A DNA stretch of 44,551 nucleotides from Verrucomicrobiota bacterium (GTDB lineage: Bacteria; Verrucomicrobiota; Verrucomicrobiia; Limisphaerales; Palsa-1400). This document shows positions 37,151-44,551 of the stretch, piece after piece. The notes under the pieces are model-generated. The model had not been told where the DNA came from. It did not search any database and saw only the letters and a program-made list of their open reading frames with translations. The DNA is taken from positions 1 through 44,551 of the forward strand of contig JBEKOF010000002.1 of NCBI GenBank assembly GCA_049522055.1, given 5' to 3'. Positions within the stretch are counted from its first letter, which is position 1; every line of letters starts with the position of its first letter. The position numbers and the translations under genes are program-made.

Positions 37151-38170
37151 TCACGCCAGGGGGATGCCCGTTTGAATCTGCCGCGTGATTTCCAGGGCCA
37201 GATCCAGCGCGCGTTTGGCCGAGGCGCCGCTGACTTTGGGGACCTGATGCCCCAAAATGCACCGGATGAAATCCTGCAACTCCAGCTTGAGCGGCTCGTC
37301 TTTTTCTATCGGCACCGGTTCGCGCACAATTCTCCTGCCGCCAAACCGGCTGACAATCGCTGAATCCTTCGCGCGCAAAAGCTTTTTAAAAAGGGACGAC
37401 TCCTCCTCCCCTTCGCGCGCCACCCGGTAAATAAACCCCTCCTGCGCCCGGTAATCCAGCGAGACATAACTGGTCATCGTGCATACCCGGATTTTGCGCA
37501 TCTTCTCCGGGTTGACTCGGCTGGCGGTGAGATTGGCCACGCACCCGTTGGCAAAACGCAGCCGCGCGTTGGCAACATCCTCCGTCTTGCTCAGAACCGC
37601 GATGCCGACCGCCTCCACGCTGGCGACCGGTGACCGCACTAACGCCAGCACCACATCCAAATCGTGAATCATCAAATCCAGCACCACCCCGATATCCATG
37701 CTCCGCGCCGGGTAAGGCGACAGCCGGTGCGATTCGATGAACCGCGGATCCGTGGCCACCTCCTCCAAATAACGCAGCACCGGATTGAACCGCTCCACGT
37801 GGCCCACTGCCAGCACCAAATTCTTTTCCGCGGCCCGCTGCACCAACTGCGCGGCTTGCGCGGCATTGTCCGTCATCGGTTTCTCCACCAGCACATGTTT
37901 GCCTGCCGCCAGCAGCGCGTCCGCCAGCTCAAAATGCGTGCGGGTGGGCGTGACGACGCTGAAAGCCTCGGCCCCCGCCATCGCCTCCTCCAGCGAAACA
38001 AACACCCGCGCCCCATATTTTTCCCCGGCCCTGGCCGCCGCCTGCGGGACGGCGTCAAACACCCCGGCGAATTGCACCACACCCGCCGCCGCCAGGTCCG
38101 CGTAAATCCGCGCGTGTTCCTTCCCCAACGAACCCACCCCCAGCACCGCCACTTTGAGTTTGGTTGACAT
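37151..38170 (-). CDS. Gfo/Idh/MocA oxidoreductase, GnnA-like (UDP-GlcNAc 3-dehydrogenase)
   Basis: GVGSLG..HAR, HVLVEKP, VGHVERFNP, VVLDLMIHDLD, ANARLRF.NGCVANLTASR. Lies upstream of lpxB. Confidence 0.85.
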   Translation of the reverse strand: MSTKLKVAVLGVGSLGKEHARIYADLAAAGVVQFAGVFDAVPQAAARAGEKYGARVFVSLEEAMAGAEAFSVVTPTRTHFELADALLAAGKHVLVEKPMTDNAAQAAQLVQRAAEKNLVLAVGHVERFNPVLRYLEEVATDPRFIESHRLSPYPARSMDIGVVLDLMIHDLDVVLALVRSPVASVEAVGIAVLSKTEDVANARLRFANGCVANLTASRVNPEKMRKIRVCTMTSYVSLDYRAQEGFIYRVAREGEEESSLFKKLLRAKDSAIVSRFGGRRIVREPVPIEKDEPLKLELQDFIRCILGHQVPKVSGASAKRALDLALEITRQIQTGIPLA

Positions 38171-38233
38171 GCCCTCAGCTTGAAACAAAACCCGCGCGAT
38201 GTCTATTTGTCATTTGGAAGCGCCCTCCGCGTT

Positions 38234-39025
38234 TCACCACCATTGATTCGTTATGCTGACCGGCATGTCTCCGGGAGTCCCAAGCGGAATGCTAAACGCC
38301 GCGACATGACTGTCACCCCACAACATCACGGTGTAGCTTTGTCCTTTGTCATTGTGCCAAATACTGCGAATGTCGGTGTTTCCCCGGTTGGGATGCCAGA
38401 TCCAGTCGCCTTCGATTATCTTGGTGCTTGGCGCAATTGCAATGTCGCTGCCTTTCATGGATTGGCCCCCATAAGTGCTGGCGGGACCGTTCACGTTGCC
38501 AAAGGTGCGTTTCACGCCAAAAGCGTCCCAATTCCATTCCACCAGGTAGCTGTTCCCGAAAACACTCCAGCAAGTCGCCCCGGGTGGAGTCGGATGCGCA
38601 GGCAAAGCGTCACCCTTGTCGGCTGGGCAATGAAAAATCTGCCCGTTGCCCTGGTAGGCGTAAAGCCCGCGGTTGGTGGCCGCCACAAAGAAATCGTATG
38701 TGCCATCCTGGCCCCCGAGGCTGTTCCAGTCGGCCAGGCGCGGCAGCACGTCGGCGTTGTCGCTCGCATAAAGTCCCAGCGCCAGGCCAATCTGCCTTTG
38801 GTTGGAGACGCAATCGGCCTGCAGTGACTTCTTCTTGGTTCTCGACAAGGCCGGCAGGAGCAGCGCCGCCAGGATGGCGATGATGGCAATGACCACCAGC
38901 AATTCCACCAGCGTGAAACCGCCGGCGCGGGGTCCCGCCGGGGCCGCCCTTTCGGTGGCCGGCTTCTGCCGAGGCCCCTCATTGTTTGATAATCGCAACA
39001 CGACCTGCAAAAATGGTCTCATCAC
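38234..39025 (-). CDS. Prepilin-type N-terminal cleavage/methylation protein (PVC DUF1559-like)
   Basis: [40 protein letters not shown], variant H..DSH tail. Start uncertain. Confidence 0.85.
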   Translation of the reverse strand: MMRPFLQVVLRLSNNEGPRQKPATERAAPAGPRAGGFTLVELLVVIAIIAILAALLLPALSRTKKKSLQADCVSNQRQIGLALGLYASDNADVLPRLADWNSLGGQDGTYDFFVAATNRGLYAYQGNGQIFHCPADKGDALPAHPTPPGATCWSVFGNSYLVEWNWDAFGVKRTFGNVNGPASTYGGQSMKGSDIAIAPSTKIIEGDWIWHPNRGNTDIRSIWHNDKGQSYTVMLWGDSHVAAFSIPLGTPGDMPVSITNQWW

Positions 39026-39154
39026 CCCATTTCCAGTTTAAAAATGCGCTTTACGCCATGTTCTCTCTGCATGACGCCTAAAGCAACCATTTGTTGCAAG
39101 CCAACAAGCGCCGCGCGTCTTATCAAAAATCCCGTTGAGTATTACCAATCCTGA

Positions 39155-40096
39155 TTGTATTGTGAGAATGTGAGCAACAGCGGACAACAAGCGCAGCGCA
39201 ACCTTGCGCTCTTGGCCGCGCCTGCTTTCCCGCCCCGACCACTGCCGGCCACAGATGGCCGCGGATGCCTTGACCCTCGCGCGGATTTCCGGGCTGGAGC
39301 CGCGGCTTTCACCTTGATTGAGCTTCTCGTGGTCATTGCCATCATCGCCATTCTGGCGGCCTTGCTCTTGCCCTCTTTGGCGGCGGCCAAGAAACGCGCC
39401 GTCGCCGGCAGTTGCCTCAACAACTTGAAAGAACTCACTCTGGCGGCTCATTTGTATGCCGGTGATTATGCCGACGCCATTGTCCCAAATGGCATCGGCG
39501 GCGCCCCCGGCTGGGTCACGGGAAATGTCAACGGATTACCGGGGGCAACCAACCTGCCCGACATCACCAACGCCTTGCTTTATCCCTATGACCGTTCCGC
39601 CAGGATTTACCAATGCCCCGGCGACACGATCAACGTGGCCGGTTCCGCCACCCTGCGCATCCGCAGCTTCTCCCTGAGTTGCATGATGGGAAACAACGAA
39701 GGCATCACCGGCGTTCATGACGGCCTGGTGGAAAACCTCAAATTCACCGGCATCCAAATCCCCGGTCCCTCCCAGGGCCTGTTTTTCGTGGATGAGCAGA
39801 CCGCCGCCTCTCCGTCCAGCACCAGCCTGGATGACGGCTATTTTGCCATCAATTACCCCCATGGAAACTCCGCTTACGGAGGATCCGGCGGCAACGAATA
39901 CAACTGGCGCAACGTGCCTTCCAGCCGCCACGGCAACTTCGGCCAATTCTCCTTCGCCGACGGCCATGTCGCAAGATTCAGGTGGATTGAGCCAACCACC
40001 CAGACCCTGCAAGGGACCGACGCCAACGGAACCTCTCCCCAAGACCTGGATTTAAAACAAGTCTGGCAATCCATCTACCCTCCCTCCGAATGGTGA
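39155..40096 (+). CDS. Prepilin-type protein with H-X9-DG C-terminal motif (DUF1559-like)
   Basis: [51 protein letters not shown]. Start uncertain (GTG 39170 possible). Confidence 0.88.
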   Translation: MYCENVSNSGQQAQRNLALLAAPAFPPRPLPATDGRGCLDPRADFRAGAAAFTLIELLVVIAIIAILAALLLPSLAAAKKRAVAGSCLNNLKELTLAAHLYAGDYADAIVPNGIGGAPGWVTGNVNGLPGATNLPDITNALLYPYDRSARIYQCPGDTINVAGSATLRIRSFSLSCMMGNNEGITGVHDGLVENLKFTGIQIPGPSQGLFFVDEQTAASPSSTSLDDGYFAINYPHGNSAYGGSGGNEYNWRNVPSSRHGNFGQFSFADGHVARFRWIEPTTQTLQGTDANGTSPQDLDLKQVWQSIYPPSEW

Positions 40097-40196
40097 CCCA
40101 TCGGAAACCTTAAGTGGCCTGCAACCCCACAGGCCCATCTCGGCCCTGCCACCACGCGCTTTCCCCATCCCCTCGCCTCACGCAGCGGGGAAAAGG

Positions 40197-41720
40197 TCAG
40201 GCCAAATGCCGCGCCTGACGCCGGGGCGCGAGGCTCCGGGGACGCGCGGAACTTTCCTCCTCGCCGCCGAGGTGCGGCGCGAGAAAGGCCGGCTTTTCCC
40301 GGCGGCCGGCCCGGCGCCAGTCGCGCCACAGACACCGCGCCGCCGTCCGCGGCGCCGCCCGGCCCCGCGTTGTCAAGTATATGAACAGCAGCTCCGCCAG
40401 ATGCTCCAGCGCGATGCCGTGCTGCCGCCCGATCCGCTCGTAAAGCCACCCGCTCCATTCCAGAAACGCCGCGAACGGCGGCGCGCCCCCGCTCCAGAGC
40501 AGCGGCGTCGTCTCCACAAAATTGCCGCTGTTGGCCGTCAAGTCCCAGTAGCGGGCGAAGCGCCGCAGCCGTTGCATGGCCGCAAAATCCAGCAGCTTGT
40601 TGCGCAAAATCTCATATGGCGGATGGGCGCTGTACACCATCTCCCAGGCCCCGTCGTGCCGCGAGATGGGCGTGCCGCGCAGCCGCTTGAGAATCCCCAC
40701 CTGGATCTCCTGCGGCCCCAGCGCCACCAGCCGGTCAAAACCCGCCGCAAAGCTTTCCAGCGTTTCCCCCGGCAGCCCCGCGATCAGATCGGCGTGGACA
40801 TGCGCGCCCGTCTTCTCGCGCAAAAACCGCAAATTATCCGCCAGCCGCCCGTAATCCTGCCGTCGGCGGATGTTTTTGGAAACCGCCTCGTTGAACGTCT
40901 GCACCCCCACTTCCAGCTGCAGCGCCCCCGCCGGGAATTTGGCAATGACCTCCCGCAGCGCCTCCGGCAGCCGGTCGGGAATCATCTCAAAATGCGCGAA
41001 CAGACCGGGCCGCTGCCGCTCCAGGAAAAACTCCAGAATCCTCCGGCTGGCCGCGATGTCTAAATTGAACGTCCGGTCCACGAACTTGAACTGCCGCACC
41101 CCGCGATCCAGCAGCTTCTGCGCCGCCGCCAGCAACGGCGCGAGCGCAAACTGCCGCACCGGCACATCCAGCGACGACAAACAGAATTCGCACGTGAACG
41201 GACACCCCCGCGACGCCTCGATGTAAATCACCCGGTGCGCCACATCCTCCTCAGTGTAAAAATCGTAAGGCGGCTCCACCAGCGCCAGGTCCGGGACCTC
41301 CGCCGGAATGACTTTCCTTTCCGGCCGCCGGCCCTCCAGAATCTCCCGGCAAACCTCCGCGAATTTCAAATCCGCCTCGCCCGTGATCACATAATCCGCC
41401 CGCCGGACAATCTCCTGCTCCTCCGCCTCAAAACTCACCTCCGGCCCCCCCAGCACCACCGTCACCTCCGGCCGCACCCGTTTCAGGGCCGCCACCACCT
41501 CCGTCGCCTCCGCCACATTCCAGATATAAACCCCCAGCCCCACGATTTGCGGCTCCTGCGCCAGAATCCTCTCCACCACATCCAGCGCCCGCTGCCCCAC
41601 ATCGAACTCCACGATCTGTGCCTCCGCGCGCAACGCCCCCAGATTGGCCAGCAAATACCGCAGCCCGAACGCCGCGTGAATATACTTGGCGTTTAAAGTG
41701 GTGAGAACGATCCGCGCCAT
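40197..41720 (-). CDS. B12-binding radical SAM protein (DUF4080-type)
   Basis: [59 protein letters not shown]. Confidence 0.9.
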   Translation of the reverse strand: MARIVLTTLNAKYIHAAFGLRYLLANLGALRAEAQIVEFDVGQRALDVVERILAQEPQIVGLGVYIWNVAEATEVVAALKRVRPEVTVVLGGPEVSFEAEEQEIVRRADYVITGEADLKFAEVCREILEGRRPERKVIPAEVPDLALVEPPYDFYTEEDVAHRVIYIEASRGCPFTCEFCLSSLDVPVRQFALAPLLAAAQKLLDRGVRQFKFVDRTFNLDIAASRRILEFFLERQRPGLFAHFEMIPDRLPEALREVIAKFPAGALQLEVGVQTFNEAVSKNIRRRQDYGRLADNLRFLREKTGAHVHADLIAGLPGETLESFAAGFDRLVALGPQEIQVGILKRLRGTPISRHDGAWEMVYSAHPPYEILRNKLLDFAAMQRLRRFARYWDLTANSGNFVETTPLLWSGGAPPFAAFLEWSGWLYERIGRQHGIALEHLAELLFIYLTTRGRAAPRTAARCLWRDWRRAGRREKPAFLAPHLGGEEESSARPRSLAPRRQARHLA

Positions 41721-41792
41721 GCCGGTGCCACATTAGCCCGCGACCGCCCCACGGGCAAGCCGCGCCTGCGCGGACGCGATGCACTCCTTGCC

Positions 41793-41948
41793 ATGATTCG
41801 CGATCTCATCGGCTGCCGGTTTGACGCCGGCGATGAGCGCCTGGCCTGGCCGATTCGCCTTCATTTTCTCCAGGACCCGGTGTTGCCCGCTCAAGTGGCG
41901 TGGAACTCCCCCGCGACCTTTCCGGCGATGAAGTGTGCCGCGCCTTGA
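41793..41948 (+). pseudogene. HicB-like antitoxin C-terminal remnant; not in the ORF track
   Basis: MIRDLIGCRFDAGDERLAWPIRLHFLQDPVL resembles short HicB-like proteins (RDAV.CHF....IRLHF..D.V). The N-terminus is missing, and the expected GTGA stop/start overlap reads GTGG. Confidence 0.6.
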
Positions 41949-42052
41949 TACGCCTGGGTTTTGAATTTGTCCGGCAGACGGGTTCCCATCGTCAGACCAT
42001 CGGTGCCCATCAAAATGTCCCATTGGGGTCGCGCGGTCTTGGGGGAGCGTAG
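41900..42052 (+). pseudogene. hicA: HicA-family toxin, truncated; not in the ORF track
   Basis: (V)ELPRDLSGDEVCRALIRLGFEFVRQTGSH followed by an early stop at 50 aa. A possible detached APKT tail lies near 42086-42121. Confidence 0.75.
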
Positions 42053-42163
42053 CGCCAGTTCCGCCTTGGCGGTGATGGACTTCCTTTTGCCCCAAAAACC
42101 GCAACCCGCATCCAAAAGTGATATACAAAATGCTTCGGAGCCGACACTGACCATTGGCAAGCC

Positions 42164-42191
42164 TTGACATATCTTGCCAGCGGATTAACTT
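42164..42191 (+). promoter_or_regulatory. Putative sigma70 promoter of the RHH-PIN operon (possibly leaderless)
   Basis: TTGACA (42164-42169) - 16 nt - TAACTT; the ATG at 42198 begins 7 nt later. Confidence 0.4.
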
Positions 42192-42197
42192 GGAGGC

Positions 42198-42455
42198 ATG
42201 AAAGCAGTGACCATCAACATTTCATTGAATCCAGATCTGGCCGAATTCGCACGGGCGGACTCGGAGGCGCGGGCGTTTGATTCCATGAGCGAATATATGC
42301 GGGATTTGATCCGCAATCGCCGCCGGGAGCAAATTGAGGCGGATGTGGCCTTTTTGGAAAAAGCCATCCAGGGCGCGCCGCCGGGCGATCCTTCCGATGA
42401 GGAAACGGCCGAAATCTACGCCGGCATCAAAGCCCGTCGAAAGAAAAAAACATGA
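42198..42455 (+). CDS. Ribbon-helix-helix (ParD/CopG-like) antitoxin
   Basis: TINISL..L.EF.......F.SMSEYMRDLIR; ATGA overlap with the PIN gene. Confidence 0.8.
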   Translation: MKAVTINISLNPDLAEFARADSEARAFDSMSEYMRDLIRNRRREQIEADVAFLEKAIQGAPPGDPSDEETAEIYAGIKARRKKKT

Positions 42456-42858
42456 GGGTCGTCTTGGATGCGGGGGTGGTGTTTTCAGGCGCCGGGTGGC
42501 GGGGCCAAGCGCGCCGTTGTCTGCTGGCCATGGCTCATCGCCGGGTCATTGCCTGTGCCACCGAGGAAACCCTCAAGGAATTGAGCAATCTGCTGGCGGA
42601 TCGTGGGGACAGGGCCAAGCATCCACTGGCTGCCACATTGTCATGGTATCAGGACCACGTTAAGCGCGTTGAACCCGCGCCGCTGGGCAAACAACGGAGC
42701 CGCGATCTGAAAGATGATCCTTATTTGGCCTGTGCGTTGGGAGCCGGAGCGAAGATTATGTCACACGGGATGGCGATTTGCTGGCGCTGGGAAAGCCCTT
42801 TGGAATCCAAATCATTACGCCGCACGAGTTGCTGGTTCTATTATCAAGGCCGCTTTGA
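42452..42858 (+). pseudogene. PIN-domain (PIN_3-type) toxin with a 1-nt frameshift near 42758
   Basis: MRVVLDAGVVFSG, RDLKDDPYLACA. Adding one base gives ..AKI(I)VTRDGDLLALGKPFGIQIITP..RPL* (135 aa). Confidence 0.82.
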
Positions 42859-43080
42859 AGGCACGGGATTGTCTGCGCCGTCGTGTTGCCCAAGGCTCAG
42901 TCATTTTGGACGGCACGCTGTGCGTCCAAGCGGGAGTTTAAAGGTCTCATCGGACACCATCCAGGCCGCACCGGCCATTCCCAATCCCCGCCCCAGTTGT
43001 GCGCACAATGCTCCGTGGAGGAAAACTTGCTTTTCGTTCCGGCTTGAAAGACATGGGAAACGGGGCCAGTATTGCCGCGG

Positions 43081-43155
43081 GCCAGTTTAGCTCAGCGGTA
43101 GAGCAACGGTTTTGTAAACCGTCGGTCGTCGGTTCGATTCCGACAACTGGCTCCA
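43081..43155 (+). tRNA. tRNA-Thr (anticodon TGT)
   Basis: Acceptor stem GCCAGTT/AACTGGC, D arm GCTC..GAGC, anticodon arm ACGGT-TTTGTAA-ACCGT, T arm GTCGG-TTCGATT-CCGAC, encoded CCA. Confidence 0.98.
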
Positions 43156-43203
43156 TCTTCAACCGCGTGTGCGGCAACAACTTGGGCATGTCGGAAGGGC
43201 CAC

Positions 43204-43225
43204 TGTCAGTGAAAGTGTCAGTGAA
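43204..43225 (+). repeat. TGTCAGTGAA direct repeat x2 (putative integrase arm-type sites)
   Basis: Copies at 43204-43213 and 43216-43225; a related CAGTGAA at 43323; TCGC(C)CAGTACTC x2 at ~43256-43289. Confidence 0.6.
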
Positions 43226-43335
43226 TTGAGGCGCGGCAGCACAACTGCCCACAATTCGCCAGTACTCCGCTGAAACTCGCCCAGTACTCGCTAACGCGAG
43301 GTGATCGAACTGGTTCACGATGCAGTGAATCAGTT

Positions 43336-44352
43336 ATGAAACAACGATTCATCTTGTTCCGGCGAGCGGGCATCTTCTACAGCGAGGATACGACCACCCG
43401 CAAACAAACCAGTCTGCGAACCAAAGACGAGGCCGAGGCCATCACCCTCTTGAACACCAAGAACGAGGCCACGCGCCAACCGGCCATGAATATGCAGATC
43501 GCCCAGGTCTATTTGCAGCATAGCGACCCCTCTTTGGCCGCCCGCACCTGGCAGCACGTCGTGGAGCAAGTTGCTTCCCTCAAGACTGGCGCGACGCAGG
43601 AGCGGTGGAAACATGCCATTGCCGACAAAGCCTTTGACCTCATTCGCCACCGCAAGCTCCTGGAAACCACGTCAGAGCACTTCTTTGCCGTGCTGCGGAA
43701 CGGCTCCGTATCCACCAACGTCTATTTGCGCCGCGCCCACAATTTCGCCATCGGAATGCACTGGCTGCCGTGGCCGGTTGTGCCCAAACTCCAATGGCCG
43801 CCTGTCAGATTCAAAGAGAAGCGGGCCATCACCTTTGACGAACACGCCAGAATCATTGACCGCGAGAAGAATCCCGAACTCCGCGCCTTTTACGAATTGC
43901 TCTGGCACCTGGGCGGGTCACAGTCCGACGTGGCGAACTTGACCGCCGAGGCCATCCACTGGCCCGACCGCACCATCTCGTTTCAACGCTGCAAGACCAA
44001 AGTGCCGGTGGTCATCACCTTTGGCGCGGAGGCGGCGGCGGTTCTGCAAACGCTGCCGAGATTCGGCCAGTTGTTTCCCTGGCTCTCCGGGTTGCACGAA
44101 AAACACCGGGCGAAGCACTTCATTAAACGACTCAACACTCTCGGAATTGCCGGGGTGTCGCTGCATTCGTATCGCTACGCCTGGGCGGAGCGGGCCAAAG
44201 TGGCTGGAATGCCGGAGCGTTATGCCCAGCAGGCCCTTGGTCACAGTTCCAAGGCGTTTGCGCGCGCCTATTCCAAGAATGCAAGGGTGATTGTGCCGTC
44301 CTTGGAAGAATATGAGGCAAAAATCGTGCCGATGCCAGCGGCGATTGCTTGA
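43336..44352 (+). CDS. Tyrosine-type recombinase/integrase with atypical Box I
   Basis: R.KT (catalytic Lys region), SLHSYRY (HxxR), QALGHSS, AY (nucleophile). N-terminal SLRTKD..EA arm-binding-like region. Box I reads LGGSQSDV. Confidence 0.85.
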   Translation: MKQRFILFRRAGIFYSEDTTTRKQTSLRTKDEAEAITLLNTKNEATRQPAMNMQIAQVYLQHSDPSLAARTWQHVVEQVASLKTGATQERWKHAIADKAFDLIRHRKLLETTSEHFFAVLRNGSVSTNVYLRRAHNFAIGMHWLPWPVVPKLQWPPVRFKEKRAITFDEHARIIDREKNPELRAFYELLWHLGGSQSDVANLTAEAIHWPDRTISFQRCKTKVPVVITFGAEAAAVLQTLPRFGQLFPWLSGLHEKHRAKHFIKRLNTLGIAGVSLHSYRYAWAERAKVAGMPERYAQQALGHSSKAFARAYSKNARVIVPSLEEYEAKIVPMPAAIA

Positions 44353-44551
44353 GAGCACCGACCGGCATCTCGCGCAGCGTTTCCCCGCTGCCTGTTCCCG
44401 TCTTGTCATCCGGCTTGCTGGAAACATGAGTAAGCGGTAAAGCGGGGTCCTCCTGTTGAGAGTCGGGGATGCGTGATAACTTGGTCGGTTGGTCGGGTGC
44501 CGAGGGAAAAATTAGGCGGCCAGCTTGGCTTGAGTCTGGCGGGCTTTCTGC

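Larger units (their letters stand above)
43156..44551 (+). mobile_element. Left end of a putative integrative element/genomic island inserted at the tRNA-Thr 3' end
   Basis: Integrase starts ~180 bp after the tRNA, with direct repeats between them. The other att site was not seen in the window. Confidence 0.6.

Noticed and set aside
41733-42170. Minus-strand ORFs of 145 and 89 aa
   Set aside because: No motifs; the + strand carries the recognisable hicB/hicA remnants.
42452-43090. 212-aa PIN ORF running into the tRNA
   Set aside because: The tail is frameshift read-through; the true PIN C-terminus is in another frame ending at 42858.

Overview
GC-rich bacterial chromosomal segment. Gene content (many prepilin-type proteins, hopanoid radical SAM genes, an ECF-sigma-type linker) suggests Verrucomicrobiota, possibly Limisphaerales/Pedosphaera-like; this is inferred, not measured. 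The backbone is housekeeping: PL26-like lyase, dapA-dapB, folK, a frameshifted YfhO-like glycosyltransferase next to a type IV pilin-like gene, rhomboid, leuS, msrA, hom-lysC-pepF, prolyl oligopeptidase, hpnH-hpnJ, plsY-gpsA, a gnnA-like gene with lpxB, and a B12 radical SAM. Accessory patches are a BglII/BstYI-like endonuclease plus MT-A70 methylase pair, a ~1.1 kb AT-rich relic region (16.6-17.76 kb; direct repeats, a thrice-repeated motif, a hidden Vsr fragment, a probable transposase tail), decayed hicBA and RHH-PIN toxin-antitoxin loci, and tRNA-Thr(TGT) followed by an atypical tyrosine integrase marking an island that runs off the right edge. The best unexplained signals are non-coding: a promoter- and U-tract-bounded structured RNA at 29390-29527, a pseudoknot-capable pilin leader behind a sigma54-like promoter, a ~100-bp dispersed inverted repeat (24-123 / 16702-16798), and the motif-delimited relic array. 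All calls were made by eye; no searches or folding programs were run.
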